DNA of 64,000 nucleotides, taken from a virus. Every line of letters begins with the position of its first letter. The first letter of the stretch is position 1. Made by a program: the position numbers and the translations under genes. A model generated the notes under the pieces. It saw only the letters and a program-made list of their open reading frames with translations. It was not told the origin of the DNA and did not search any database. Of this stretch, positions 9,329 to 19,829 are shown in pieces. The stretch is taken from positions 1-64,000 of the IMG/VR virus record IMGVR_UViG_3300025141_000055; one strand, written 5' to 3'.

Positions 9329-9987
9329 TGGGTTACGGAGTAGCCGGCACCGCTCTTATTAAAGGGGCTATTAGGCATGCTTTACCTTGGTTAGTAGGGG
9401 GAGCTGCTTTTGGTATAGGGGAGCAACTAGTTACTGGTGGACCTCAAGCGAGTCCTTTACCCCCAGCTCCGGTTCCTGGTCCACACCAGGGAGATCCTCC
9501 ACCTCCTCCAGTTCCTCCATATCCACACAGTTACAGTCCTGGAGTGCCTAACCTTCCCCAACAGCAACCACTTCCCCCGGGCGGAATTGAGCTTGGAGGG
9601 ATGGTTCCTGTTTACGAAAAATTAATTAATCAACTTATTCAAACTCAGGAGAAAGCCTTAGATCCTGAGCTGTATGAAGAGAGAGCGCAGACTGATCGTG
9701 AGTCTTATCGGCACATGGCCGAGATCTCTCGAGAAGCAGCGCTAGATAAGATGAGAGAAAAGACTGCACGAGATGTGGAGTTAGGAACTATTAATGCATG
9801 GCGCAGTGTGACTGAGGCGCAGATCAATCGTGAAACTGCCTTAGCTGTAGGAATGATGAGTCTTAGTGCCACTCTCGGCATGCCTAACCCCCACGTTCTT
9901 CAACAAACGCAGGCGATTATAGCAAAGGGCGTTAGTGCATACGGCGACCCTAAATCTCAATTTAACCCTTCGAGAGAGAGAGCATAA
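9328..9987 (+). CDS. Putative internal virion/ejection protein, Pro-rich linker
   Basis: Gly-rich hydrophobic N-terminus, poly-Pro linker, coiled-coil C-terminus. Confidence 0.5.
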   Translation: MGYGVAGTALIKGAIRHALPWLVGGAAFGIGEQLVTGGPQASPLPPAPVPGPHQGDPPPPPVPPYPHSYSPGVPNLPQQQPLPPGGIELGGMVPVYEKLINQLIQTQEKALDPELYEERAQTDRESYRHMAEISREAALDKMREKTARDVELGTINAWRSVTEAQINRETALAVGMMSLSATLGMPNPHVLQQTQAIIAKGVSAYGDPKSQFNPSRERA

Positions 9988-9991
9988 GAGC

Positions 9992-10774
9992 ATGGGACTC
10001 TTCTCTACAATTGGAACTATCGCAGGCAGCGCGTTTGGCCCTCTAGGTTCCGCCGCTGGGGGTACAATCGGGGGCTTGATTGATGGCAGTCAAACCTCCG
10101 GTGGCGGAGACCCACGAGACGGTGGTCAGTCTCCTCATACGAGTCCTGCTATTGATTACTACAGCCGTTATGGAGCTCAAGCCGCTGCTTTAAATAACCC
10201 TCTGACAGCCTCGATGCAAGGGCTAGCCCTTCTGCAAGGTTCGCTGGGAGGTGCCCTCGGTCTTTCCGGGACTCAAGAAGCTAATGCTCAGTTGAGTGTT
10301 CTGGGTGAAGCAATGGATAGATCCTCTAAGGCAACCTCTGCTCAGAGTGCCATGACCCAGGCGGCTTATGGCGCCGGTCTCGGTTTGAAGACTGCGTTAG
10401 GCCAAGCAAAGTTAGGAACCGAATTAGCTGGTCCTAACTATTTAGCGCAAGCCGGATCCGCAGCTCTAGCCGGAGAAAACCAATTAGCTAATCAACTGGC
10501 TACCACTAACTTGGGCTTGAGGGCTCTTCAAGAACAGACTCGGGCGCAGGTCGCTGCGAAACAAGCTGAGACATTAGCGGGGGTATTTGCCACCAGAGCT
10601 CAAACAGCCGCGCAATTAACTTTGGGGGCTCAGCAGTTAGAGAGTGGTTTAAAACTCTTACAAGGACAAACTTTACAAAGCCTGGCTAATACTAAGGCCG
10701 CTACTAAGGCTCAGCTTTCTCTCGATAGAAGTCGTGCCAATCGTGCCATGGCCGGACAGCGCTTCTTTGCATGA
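9992..10774 (+). CDS. Putative DNA pilot/ejection protein
   Basis: MGLFSTIGTIAGSAFGPLGSAAGGTIGG glycine-zipper N-terminus followed by A/Q/L-rich helices, typical of podovirus ejection proteins. Confidence 0.55.
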   Translation: MGLFSTIGTIAGSAFGPLGSAAGGTIGGLIDGSQTSGGGDPRDGGQSPHTSPAIDYYSRYGAQAAALNNPLTASMQGLALLQGSLGGALGLSGTQEANAQLSVLGEAMDRSSKATSAQSAMTQAAYGAGLGLKTALGQAKLGTELAGPNYLAQAGSAALAGENQLANQLATTNLGLRALQEQTRAQVAAKQAETLAGVFATRAQTAAQLTLGAQQLESGLKLLQGQTLQSLANTKAATKAQLSLDRSRANRAMAGQRFFA

Positions 10775-11301
10775 TAACTGCAACTATTGGGGATGCGACC
10801 ACCGTGGGAGGGTGGCTCGATAGGTTAGAGAAAGCGCAAAAGGATGCTTTTACTTATTATGCGAAGAATGCTACCAGTGATATAGAGGCATATCTATATG
10901 CTCGGTTTTTAAAACCATCGTATGAAGGATCTATTTCTGATCTCACAGCGTGGGTCCAGGAAAAGTACCCTAAAGAGGATCTTAGAAAGATCCTGTTAAT
11001 TGAGATTGATTCTATAAAAACGGATATTCATAATGTTCGGCAGATGACGACCACGGGGATGTTAGATCATGCCACTGCTGCTACCAAGATCGCGGTTTTA
11101 CAAAAAGAACTGCGCAGTCATATTCAGGCCGTTAGACAGTTAACCGATGGGTTAGATCGAAGAGGACTTCTGTTAGCGGGAGCCGATCGCTGTCTTCGTG
11201 AACTTTTTAACAGTTTTGAAGATCAGCCGACTATGGCTGCACTTTTAGAGGAGGCTTCTCTGATAGTCTGGGCCACGATCGAACGCGAAGAGAAAACGTG
11301 A
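10771..11301 (+). CDS. Conserved helical protein (possible terminase small subunit)
   Basis: All-helical 176 aa; functional call is inferred from size only. Confidence 0.45.
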   Translation: MITATIGDATTVGGWLDRLEKAQKDAFTYYAKNATSDIEAYLYARFLKPSYEGSISDLTAWVQEKYPKEDLRKILLIEIDSIKTDIHNVRQMTTTGMLDHATAATKIAVLQKELRSHIQAVRQLTDGLDRRGLLLAGADRCLRELFNSFEDQPTMAALLEEASLIVWATIEREEKT

Positions 11302-11912
11302 GTCAGCTTCTGGAGTCAGGATGGGAATCTCTTCCTGATGTTCTTTCCACTGATGAGGCTTATAAAATTTGGACTAATTATTTAGAGCTAGATCCACCCT
11401 TTTGTGCGCACTATCGGCCAGGGTGGAAATGTCTGAATAGCCCAGAGAGAGGGCTTACCCATCAGTGTTATGCTCCAGAAGATCAGGTCTTTCTAGTTAA
11501 AAGGATCCAGGAGCGCTTAGAAGAGATGTTGGGGGAGGAATTAATTCCTACTTACTGGTATTCCACCGTGTACTTCCGGCACTCTTTTCTGATGAAGCAT
11601 AAGGATAGAGAAGCTTGTGAAATCTCTTTGTCTGTGAATATCTCTTCTACTGTTGACTGGCCCTTACAACTTATAGATAAAGCAAATAAAGTAGTTAAAT
11701 GTAACACTCCTATTGGGCAAGGTGTGGTGTTTTTAGGCCGGGAGCTATCGCATTGGAGAAACCCTTTAATAGCTCCCGCAGATTCTAAGTATATGCAATC
11801 TTTCTTTCACTATGTAAGAAAAGAAGGCCCCCATGCTCATCTTGCTTACGATCATCCTGCGTCTCTTGATCCTCAGAGAGTTCTTCGATTGTTAGAAATT
11901 GGCCAGGAGTAG
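11298..11912 (+). CDS. 2OG-Fe(II) oxygenase
   Basis: LMKHKDREACEISLS (HxD), WPL, G..LSHWR, FFHYV. Confidence 0.85.
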   Translation: MSQLLESGWESLPDVLSTDEAYKIWTNYLELDPPFCAHYRPGWKCLNSPERGLTHQCYAPEDQVFLVKRIQERLEEMLGEELIPTYWYSTVYFRHSFLMKHKDREACEISLSVNISSTVDWPLQLIDKANKVVKCNTPIGQGVVFLGRELSHWRNPLIAPADSKYMQSFFHYVRKEGPHAHLAYDHPASLDPQRVLRLLEIGQE

Positions 11913-12033
11913 TGCATCCCCCCACAGAGTAAAAAGATAAAGAGGTAAATAAAAACTATTTCCATTACTTTTTGCTAGTTAGCCTCTCGCATTATAGGCT
12001 AATTGAAGAGTTCCTCCTCCGTGGTCATCGTCG

Positions 12034-13095
12034 CTAATGGTTACCGGCCAGGTCAACAAGGTAGTTACCTTTAAGAATTCCTGAAAGGATTTTTTCACCC
12101 AATAAAGGAGGAACTGCATTTCCTACCTGAAGATATTTCGATTCGGTGCTGCCAAAAAAATGATAATCAGCAGGAAAGGTCTGAATTCGAGAGCATTCTT
12201 CCCAACTAAGCCTCCTTGGAAAGTCTAAGCTTGGCAAAGAGGGATCAATTTTCGTGTGTTCATATTCATCAGTAAAGTCCCAACGCTGCTTCCAGCCATC
12301 AGCCAAATTTGACCATGTGAGTGTCATTACGGGAGAAGCTGGGTGCAACGTGACGTGACGCCAGTTAGCCACAACAGTAAAAGCTGGCTCATGCCATGGA
12401 GCCTTCCTGTTTCGTGACATGAAATACCACGAGAAATTGCCCTCAGGATCATGCGAACGCTCGTAAAATTCACCTGTAGGATTAAGCGGCAAATCACGAA
12501 TAGCCTCACCATGAGATTCATAAGGGAGTAATTTTTGCCATCGCCCATTTATTTTTAACTTTCCATGCGTTTGCTTGGGGAATTCATATACAACACCTAA
12601 ATCTTTTCTACATCCAACTATTAATAAACGCTTTCTACTTTGAGGCACACCATAGTCACGAGCATTGACGACTTTGCATGAAATGTGATAGCCGTGCGTT
12701 CCAAGGCAAGAGAACTCTTTTAGCTGGGTGTCTAGGAAGGATCCCGACTTAAGGCTTTTTAGTCCAGAAACATTTTCTGCCACAAAGAATTTGGGTGATA
12801 CTTCTTGCACGCATCGAGCAAATTCTTTATACAAGTACGTTCTTTGATCTTTCTCAGGGTTTCGATTACCACCCATAGAAAAAGACTGGCATGGGTAACC
12901 TCCTATAACAATGTCAGCACTTGGGAAAGATCCTATTTCTTTGATATCTCCTTGCTCAACTGTGTGGTCGTAATTTAAAGCTAACGTCTTGGCAGCGTCT
13001 GGAAGGATGTCGTTGGAGAAGACTAAATCGAATCCGGCATTTGAGGCTGCGACCTCGAAACCACCGCAACCAGCAAAAAGGGAAATGGCCTTCAT
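12034..13095 (-). CDS. C5-cytosine DNA methyltransferase
   Basis: SLFAGCGG (motif I), GGYPCQSFS (IV), ENV (VI), PQSRKR (VIII), RRLS..E..RIQTFP (IX), QVGNAVPP (X). Confidence 0.95.
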   Translation of the reverse strand: MKAISLFAGCGGFEVAASNAGFDLVFSNDILPDAAKTLALNYDHTVEQGDIKEIGSFPSADIVIGGYPCQSFSMGGNRNPEKDQRTYLYKEFARCVQEVSPKFFVAENVSGLKSLKSGSFLDTQLKEFSCLGTHGYHISCKVVNARDYGVPQSRKRLLIVGCRKDLGVVYEFPKQTHGKLKINGRWQKLLPYESHGEAIRDLPLNPTGEFYERSHDPEGNFSWYFMSRNRKAPWHEPAFTVVANWRHVTLHPASPVMTLTWSNLADGWKQRWDFTDEYEHTKIDPSLPSLDFPRRLSWEECSRIQTFPADYHFFGSTESKYLQVGNAVPPLLGEKILSGILKGNYLVDLAGNH

Positions 13096-13125
13096 AGTAT
13101 TAACTTATATTAAGTCATTTTTTAC

Positions 13126-13383
13126 TTAGCCACCGTGATGTTCGGCGCTTATTGGGCGTTCGATAGGTTCCCCGTATTTTTCATCTTGGGGATCAGGGTT
13201 GTCGACATGTTCGAAGAAGGTTTTGCCATCTTCCCCAATCAGCATTTTTCGCCATACTTTGCCGGTGAATGCAGCTACTTCCTCAACTTTTTCATTTCCC
13301 TTATTGGTGGTCCATGTTCGGGTCCACCATTTGTTGTGAGAGTCATAGGTATAACCAAGGGATTCTAATTCTTCTTCAGTCAT
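13126..13383 (-). CDS. Hypothetical protein
   Basis: ORF track; Trp-rich beta-type sequence, same strand as its neighbours. Confidence 0.55.
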   Translation of the reverse strand: MTEEELESLGYTYDSHNKWWTRTWTTNKGNEKVEEVAAFTGKVWRKMLIGEDGKTFFEHVDNPDPQDEKYGEPIERPISAEHHGG

Positions 13384-13419
13384 GGGTATGCTTATCTTTT
13401 TAAAGATTTTAAGGGGACT

Positions 13420-14511
13420 TCAAACTTTCGTCATTAGTCCTAGGACATGAACGAGAGGGGTCCGGAAGGTACCCATGAAGCAGTCGTTAATACCGAGAGG
13501 CATGACGAGTTCTTCCTCATTCTCAATAGTGCACCCAAAAGGAAGAATACATGCGGGTTGATGAGAAATATCATTCCCACACGAATCGGTCCAGGTAATT
13601 AAATGATCATTGGTGGATCCCATAAAGAGTGGTTCTTTCATCATGCGTACAATCTTGGTTTGTTTTTCATCTAAGCAATAGCAAGAGAGGCCATAGAGTA
13701 AGTAAGGACGTCTATCAATTTCATGGGCCATAAATTTAAAGTGGTAGAAAACTAACCATTCATCCCCTATCTTTACCGGAGCGGTGGAGTTAAAAGTAGG
13801 GTGTTCTCCTGTAAGCTCTTTTAAACATTGGGAGTCGATAGTTCTATCGGGTTTCCCGGGAGTTTTAATTGTTAAAGGAATGGTGGAATAAAGAAGGCGT
13901 AGTTCTTCCCCATCCGCGTAGAAGCACCAGTTTTTCTCTGATCCCCCATCCACCATATTTTGACCTATCTGGGGAAATATACAGTCGGTGAGATTACCAA
14001 ATTCATTAACTTCCCCTACACAGATTTTGGGACTTTTAACCATCACATGTGAGGAGTTATCCCATTTTGAGGCATAACTACTAGTGACGAATTGACACAT
14101 TAAAGATTTACTAGTCGGGTTTATAAATAACCTCCCATCTTCATAACTCAAGCGGTGCTTGTTGTTGCGCAGTTTGCGACCCCCAATAATGGTCTCGTCA
14201 TCGAGGAGTTCTCCTATGTACAGATCGGTAGGAGTGTTGTTGTAGTAAAAATATTTCATATCATGGCGAAAGACAAAGCTTTCCGGCTGAGATCTCCACA
14301 GAATTAACTTATGTTTATCAGTCTGGAGAAGGGAGGGACTGAAGTTACAAACACTCTGGTCAGGAAGTCCTTTGCTGATACGTGTAAAGACTCCCCCGAT
14401 TACTTCAGCCTGAATTGCCACCGGCGGATGGCCTGTCGAGTGAGGGAAATATGCCTGAGTTACTACACGCTCGAAATAAGTACGGTACCGGTGGAATTGG
14501 GTAACACTCAC
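13420..14511 (-). CDS. Beta-propeller glycoside hydrolase/phosphorylase-like protein (GH130/GH43 clan-like)
   Basis: NFSPSL, YEDGRLF, EKNW, PFG..G.ND motifs; coupled to the GT4 gene. Confidence 0.65.
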   Translation of the reverse strand: MSVTQFHRYRTYFERVVTQAYFPHSTGHPPVAIQAEVIGGVFTRISKGLPDQSVCNFSPSLLQTDKHKLILWRSQPESFVFRHDMKYFYYNNTPTDLYIGELLDDETIIGGRKLRNNKHRLSYEDGRLFINPTSKSLMCQFVTSSYASKWDNSSHVMVKSPKICVGEVNEFGNLTDCIFPQIGQNMVDGGSEKNWCFYADGEELRLLYSTIPLTIKTPGKPDRTIDSQCLKELTGEHPTFNSTAPVKIGDEWLVFYHFKFMAHEIDRRPYLLYGLSCYCLDEKQTKIVRMMKEPLFMGSTNDHLITWTDSCGNDISHQPACILPFGCTIENEEELVMPLGINDCFMGTFRTPLVHVLGLMTKV

Positions 14512-15686
14512 TTAAGAACCTCCTCGATGGCCTTGTGGAAACCTTCCGCTACTTTGTCCCATCGGTAGGAAGGGTTTTGGGTGACCTCATAGCAATCGTT
14601 TCCTACCTGGGTGGCATAGTCTGGGTCTTCATAAAGGGCCGTAAGTTTTTGAGCCATATCATGCACATCAACTAACCCTCTTTCGACCAGTAAGTCCTTA
14701 TCCCATATCCAGCAAGCCACGTCCGCGAGCAATCCCTTTTCGGCCCAAATATCACTACACGCAGTGTGGTTAGGGACTATTTGAGGTTTTTTACAAGCTG
14801 CGTGTTCAAAGGGAATTAACCCCCATCCCTCTCCGTTAGCGGTATTTATACCTACGTCCGTCGCGTTATAAATAAGGTTCAGAATTTCATCGGGAGGAGC
14901 ATGAAGGTAATTAAGGTTATTAGAAGTCATTATTAAGCGTTTTTCAGGTTCCAGCTTCCGCCGTCTCATCTCCGTATCAAATAAAGCGCGCACATCCCAA
15001 CCCAAGTCTTTCTCCCCCATATGGAGGTAAAGCATGGTGTCATCCTTTCCTTCCGCAAACTCAGCGAAAGCTTTAATGGTGAGGTCAATGCATTTCCGTG
15101 GTTGGTTACGGTTGGCATTAAGCACCATAAATTTATCTTGGGGAAGTTTTAGTTGTTCTCGCGCTTCTTTTCTGTCTATTGGGAAAAACTTGCTTACATC
15201 TATCCCATGTGGAATAACCCCTAACTTTTTAGTTTCCACCCCCTGCTTGATTAAGCGTTGTGCCTGCGGGATAGAGAAAGTAACTGGGAAATCCCAATCC
15301 TTTATGTAGCGAAGGTGTTGGGGTGTGTAGTACTCCGCATCTATAGGGAAATAAGCTAAAAACTTAAATTTTAACTGGGGCTTAAGGAGGTGAATCCTCT
15401 CCCACACTTGGTTAACTATCCAAATATCGTTTAATGCAATAATAAAGTCAGGCTTTTCCTGCTCCACAATCTGGGGGAGACGCCCTATGCCAAACCGATC
15501 TTGGGGATTAGTGGCAGTAGCAGGATATATCTTGTATGGGAGATCGTAAGGATCACCGTAATAGTTGATCCCTAGGCATACTATCTCGTAGTGAGCAGCC
15601 AGATGAGTGAGAATGCTGTGCGTAACCCGGGCGAACCCTGTATTTGAAAGGATATCTCCGAACCAAAGGATCTTCGGCTTTGCCAT
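14508..15686 (-). CDS. Glycosyltransferase family 4 (GT-B)
   Basis: TGFARV, IPHGID, NRNQPRK, YNATDV, GEGWGL..FEHAAC. Confidence 0.9.
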   Translation of the reverse strand: MAKPKILWFGDILSNTGFARVTHSILTHLAAHYEIVCLGINYYGDPYDLPYKIYPATATNPQDRFGIGRLPQIVEQEKPDFIIALNDIWIVNQVWERIHLLKPQLKFKFLAYFPIDAEYYTPQHLRYIKDWDFPVTFSIPQAQRLIKQGVETKKLGVIPHGIDVSKFFPIDRKEAREQLKLPQDKFMVLNANRNQPRKCIDLTIKAFAEFAEGKDDTMLYLHMGEKDLGWDVRALFDTEMRRRKLEPEKRLIMTSNNLNYLHAPPDEILNLIYNATDVGINTANGEGWGLIPFEHAACKKPQIVPNHTACSDIWAEKGLLADVACWIWDKDLLVERGLVDVHDMAQKLTALYEDPDYATQVGNDCYEVTQNPSYRWDKVAEGFHKAIEEVLK

Positions 15687-15746
15687 GTAGGAAAGGAACC
15701 ACAGGGTAGAATCTTGCTAACAGTATACAGACAGTTTTAAAAAAGA

Positions 15747-17270
15747 ATGCCTAGTAGAGAAACCTTTGCGTATCGTCGAGCTCTGAAGCTCCGAGCAGCA
15801 AAGGCTATGGATCAGGAGACGGGTGTAATAGATAGTGTATTTAAAAGAGCGGCGGGAGACTTCCAGACTTTTTGTACCTTAATGGATAAAGCCCCAGCTC
15901 CTCATATGCTGGAGTGGCATAAGCATTTAATAACGGGAGAAGATTCCAAATACTTAGTAAATATAGCGGGACCTAATTTAGATATTCTGGCTCCTCGAGG
16001 CTCCGCGAAATCTACGGTTCTTAATCTCTTTACCGCGTGGGTTATTGGCACGCATACCACCGCAGGACTCCCCTTACAGATTATTTATTGTTCTTACAAT
16101 ATTGCCACCGCTATCCCTAAAAGCAGGATTATTAAACAGATTTTAGAATCAGCCACCTTTAAAAAGATCTTTCCTAAGTGCCAACTACGTCAAGGTATGC
16201 AGTCCGATATTGGGTGGAGTATTGATTTTGATTATGCAGGAATTAGTCGAGTGGGGGATGAAGAGTTTACGTTACGAGCCGCAGGTTTAAGAGGCTCTAT
16301 TACTTCTAAACGAGCCCACTTAGTCATCGTTGATGACCCTATTAAATCCAGTGCCGATATTAAAAACCCTTCGGTCAGGGAGGAGATGAATAATAACTGG
16401 AGTTCGGTTATTGCTCCCATTATCTTTGAGGGAGGTAGAGCGATGTGTCTAGGTACTCGATTCCATCCCTTGGATATTCATAAAACAATGTTTAACCCAA
16501 ATAAAGGGTGGAAGCAGGTAACGCAAGAAGCTATTACCTATGACGACAGTGGTGACCCTGTTTCTTACTGGCCCGAACAATGGAGTGTTCCTTACTTACT
16601 GGGGCAAAAAGAGTTGGATCCTGTGGCCTTTGCTTTCCAGTACCAACAGCAGCCAGTCATGACTTCAGACCTGGTTCTGTCTCCCGATTTACTAGTCAAA
16701 GGGGATGTAGTAACGGAATTTGATACCTTGGCGGTAGGCATTGATTTATCGGCTAGTAAAAACGAGACCTCGGATTACACGGCTTTTGTCTTAGGAGGAA
16801 GGCTCAAGGATAAGTACTACATCATTGACGCTCATCAGATGCGTTCGATAGGCAACCTGGAAAAAATTGATCTTCTGTGCAAGATGCTCCTTGAATGGGG
16901 AGTGTTAGAGGAGAACGAGGAAGGCCAGTATTTCCCCACTTACTCCACGTGCACCCTGGTTGTCGAGGCTGTGGCTTACCAGGCGTCCCTAGCTGCAGAC
17001 TTAAGAAGAGTGATGCTCAATGAATGGGGGTTAGCTAATATCCATATTCACGAGGTGAAGGGATTTAGAGGAGACAAGATTGCCCGTTTCCGCGGAACCC
17101 TCGGTGTTCTGGAGAATAAAAAAGTAGTGTTTAACCGGTATCGTAAGTTTGATCCTCTCTTTGACCAGCTAATTAATGTGGGTGCAACAGCTCATGATGA
17201 CCTTCTTGATGCTTACACATGGTTAATCACGTATCTGCAGCGCCGTGGAAACTTTCAGATGGAATACTGA
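15747..17270 (+). CDS. terL: Terminase large subunit
   Basis: APRGSAKST Walker A, VIVDDP Walker B, GTRFH..D, YQQQP, GIDLS...SDYTA nuclease motif, HDDLLDA. Confidence 0.95.
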   Translation: MPSRETFAYRRALKLRAAKAMDQETGVIDSVFKRAAGDFQTFCTLMDKAPAPHMLEWHKHLITGEDSKYLVNIAGPNLDILAPRGSAKSTVLNLFTAWVIGTHTTAGLPLQIIYCSYNIATAIPKSRIIKQILESATFKKIFPKCQLRQGMQSDIGWSIDFDYAGISRVGDEEFTLRAAGLRGSITSKRAHLVIVDDPIKSSADIKNPSVREEMNNNWSSVIAPIIFEGGRAMCLGTRFHPLDIHKTMFNPNKGWKQVTQEAITYDDSGDPVSYWPEQWSVPYLLGQKELDPVAFAFQYQQQPVMTSDLVLSPDLLVKGDVVTEFDTLAVGIDLSASKNETSDYTAFVLGGRLKDKYYIIDAHQMRSIGNLEKIDLLCKMLLEWGVLEENEEGQYFPTYSTCTLVVEAVAYQASLAADLRRVMLNEWGLANIHIHEVKGFRGDKIARFRGTLGVLENKKVVFNRYRKFDPLFDQLINVGATAHDDLLDAYTWLITYLQRRGNFQMEY

Positions 17271-18145
17271 TGAGTTACAAATTCCTTATTTGTATTACAG
17301 CGCATAATCCTCTTCAAAGGTTTGATCCACTTCTTGCTGTTCTGGATGGATATTGGGGGCTACCTGGCCACAAGGATATTTATATATGGATAGATCATGA
17401 CCATCGACAGGATAAGGAGACCTTAGAAAGTCTCTTGGAACCTTATATAGACGAAATAAATTTGGAAGTGGTGGTTGCTCCTCCTGAGTTGACCGGTTAC
17501 ACCCTCACCTGGGCTCACAAACCATTTTTAAAGACCGCAATACAGAGTCATCACTACGATTTTTATATTTATACGGAAAACGACATGTTATTTAGACCTA
17601 CGCACTTCCATTATTGGCTGAAATATAAGGACAAACTAAAGGAACTGAATCTAGAGCCGGGTTTTTGTCGGTATGAGGCGTTGGGAGGGTTACGAGTTCC
17701 TTTTGATAACCATCGCCGTTGGTCCTTAACCAGAGCTACACCTAATGTTTGGGGGGAAATGGATTTTAAAGTCCGAACTTATCTCACTCCTCATGATGAG
17801 TTTGTCGGGTTCGCTGCCTTAGGTAACCCTTATATGGGGATGATGATCTTGGATCAGGAAATGGCCAATGAGTACATCACTACTAACAGTTTTGATCCTG
17901 TTAAAAGCTTTGAGATGACGAAATTTCGTTGTTGGCCGATTGCGGATAGAAGTTCCATGGGTATCGCGTTTGAAAATTTGCTCCCCGAACAAGATCATCG
18001 CCGGGTAGTACCCTTAGTTCGAGTAGGGGACACCATAGAAATTGCTTGGTGCGGCCTTATAGAACACCTTGACACTAGATATAGCGAAGAGATGCATCTC
18101 CGCGGTGAGGAATTATTAGATACAGAGGAATTTATTGTTCCCTAA
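17270..18145 (+). CDS. Putative GT-A glycosyltransferase
   Basis: TGATG coupling with terL; ICITAH N-terminal strand; YDFYIYTENDM resembles the acidic DxD/EDD motif of GT-A enzymes. Confidence 0.55.
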   Translation: MSYKFLICITAHNPLQRFDPLLAVLDGYWGLPGHKDIYIWIDHDHRQDKETLESLLEPYIDEINLEVVVAPPELTGYTLTWAHKPFLKTAIQSHHYDFYIYTENDMLFRPTHFHYWLKYKDKLKELNLEPGFCRYEALGGLRVPFDNHRRWSLTRATPNVWGEMDFKVRTYLTPHDEFVGFAALGNPYMGMMILDQEMANEYITTNSFDPVKSFEMTKFRCWPIADRSSMGIAFENLLPEQDHRRVVPLVRVGDTIEIAWCGLIEHLDTRYSEEMHLRGEELLDTEEFIVP

Positions 18146-18150
18146 ACCTC

Positions 18151-18372
18151 ATGAAAGACAATGTGAACCACCCTTCTCATTACACCTTTGGGGAAGTTGA
18201 GTGTATTGATGCTTTAAAGGCCTCTCTAGGATCTGAGGGGTTTAAAGGCTACTGTCGAGGCGCCTGTATTAAGTATTTATGGCGTGTAGACCATAAAAAC
18301 GGCGTGGAGGATCTTAAAAAGTGCGCTTGGTACCTACAAAAGCTCATCGAAATATCTGAGGAAGGAGGTTAG
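18151..18372 (+). CDS. DUF3310 family phage protein
   Basis: DNVNHPSHY...ECID...G..IKYLWR..HKNGVEDLKKCAWYL. Confidence 0.9.
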   Translation: MKDNVNHPSHYTFGEVECIDALKASLGSEGFKGYCRGACIKYLWRVDHKNGVEDLKKCAWYLQKLIEISEEGG

Positions 18373-18395
18373 ACTGGCAGAGAGCTTCTTTAACT

Positions 18396-18689
18396 ATGGA
18401 TATTAGAGCCTTCGGGTCGGTTTACGGGCAAACGGCGGTACTTCCTTATGCCAGCGGTGTTTCTGTGACCTTTGATGGGAATCATATTCCCTCCCCTAGT
18501 GGTTTTGCGGCCTGTAGAGGGCTGTTCGTAGAGAAGAGGTCGACGGGGGAAGGTTATTTAACCGTTCAGTTCTCAGATGGGCAGTCTCAATGGATAACTT
18601 TGAATGAATTAACGGGCAATACGGTTCTTCCTTTTTCTATTAACGCTATTGCAAGCGGCACCTTAGAGAGTTGTGTAGTTCTTTTCTAA
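18396..18689 (+). CDS. Small beta-rich probable virion protein
   Basis: ACRGLFV...G.L.V...DG...G.VLPF pattern; three SG motifs. Confidence 0.6.
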   Translation: MDIRAFGSVYGQTAVLPYASGVSVTFDGNHIPSPSGFAACRGLFVEKRSTGEGYLTVQFSDGQSQWITLNELTGNTVLPFSINAIASGTLESCVVLF

Positions 18690-19007
18690 ATGAACCCCTT
18701 CGAATTTGACGCAGCTAGGTTTTCTCACCGTTATCGGGCTCAAATGGGAGCGGCTAACAATCAAGCCCGTGCTGATCAAAGTGCTGACTCAGCTTTCTCA
18801 GAATTAATGAGTGACGATCAGCGTTCAATGATTGGGGCCCCTTTACCCCAGGCAGCAGCGGCGCCTGGTGACCAATATGATGGTTTTAATGAAGAGGTAG
18901 GAGCCATACAGGCTATAAACGCCGAAAATATTGCTACTCGCGCCAAGCGTCGTGCTCAAAAGTACTTAAGAAATGGGGATTCGGTTACTATGATGCCAGT
19001 TGCTTAG
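18690..19007 (+). CDS. Hypothetical protein
   Basis: ORF track; operon-packed. Confidence 0.55.
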   Translation: MNPFEFDAARFSHRYRAQMGAANNQARADQSADSAFSELMSDDQRSMIGAPLPQAAAAPGDQYDGFNEEVGAIQAINAENIATRAKRRAQKYLRNGDSVTMMPVA

Positions 19008-19016
19008 TCTTTCTCC

Positions 19017-19829
19017 GTGCTGATCGATACTTTTCCGTATTTCAACGAAAAAGAACTGTTGGAACTACGTATTCGCACTTTAGAGGACCATGTAGATGGT
19101 TTTCTCATAACTGATGCTAATTACACCCACAGGGGAGAGCCCAAACCCTTTACATGCGTCGAAACCCTTAAAGAACTAGGGATTAGTGACGAAAATGTGC
19201 AAGTTCTGCATGTTGAGTTACCTAGTTATAAGGATGCTCCGGATCCTTGGGTTCGTGAGAGGGGGCAACGGGACGCCATCGGGGTCGGCCTTCATATGTT
19301 GCAAGATGACACGGTCTTTATCTGTTCCGACTGTGATGAGATAGCTAATCCCGATAAATTTCCGGAACTCTTAGAGGCTGTGGAACGTGAAAAAGAAAAA
19401 ATTGTTCGTTTGTCGATGTCCATGCACTATGGTCGCGGCGATCGTCAATTAATTTCTGATAAAGGAGAACTTTTTGATTGGCGTTGCGGAGTAGTTAGTA
19501 CCGTTGGTCAATTAAAGGATCAAGGGACGCTCTCTGCGATGAGGGCCAGTCAAGACAATTATTATTTTGGAGAAAGAGATGCGGGCTGGCACTTGAGTTG
19601 GATGGGGGATGCGGATAAACGCAAGACAAAGTTGCGCTCGATTGCCGAGTACTACATCTGGGATAAGCCTGAGGTACAAAAGTTATGTGAGGATTTTGTT
19701 CCCGAGGAAGGTAAAACCGACATGTTGGGACGTGAGGATCATCTGCTTACTTCGTACCCTGTCGAAGATTTACCAGAAGGAGCGGTTAAACTGGAGAGAG
19801 TAAGAAGGTATCTGTTCTCTGATGGCTAG
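19017..19829 (+). CDS. Glycosyltransferase family 17-like (MGAT3-like)
   Basis: IDTFPYFNEKELLELRI..L...VD.F.I.DAN.TH.G.PK, E..QR, SDCDEI, GWHLSWMG. Confidence 0.88.
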   Translation: MLIDTFPYFNEKELLELRIRTLEDHVDGFLITDANYTHRGEPKPFTCVETLKELGISDENVQVLHVELPSYKDAPDPWVRERGQRDAIGVGLHMLQDDTVFICSDCDEIANPDKFPELLEAVEREKEKIVRLSMSMHYGRGDRQLISDKGELFDWRCGVVSTVGQLKDQGTLSAMRASQDNYYFGERDAGWHLSWMGDADKRKTKLRSIAEYYIWDKPEVQKLCEDFVPEEGKTDMLGREDHLLTSYPVEDLPEGAVKLERVRRYLFSDG

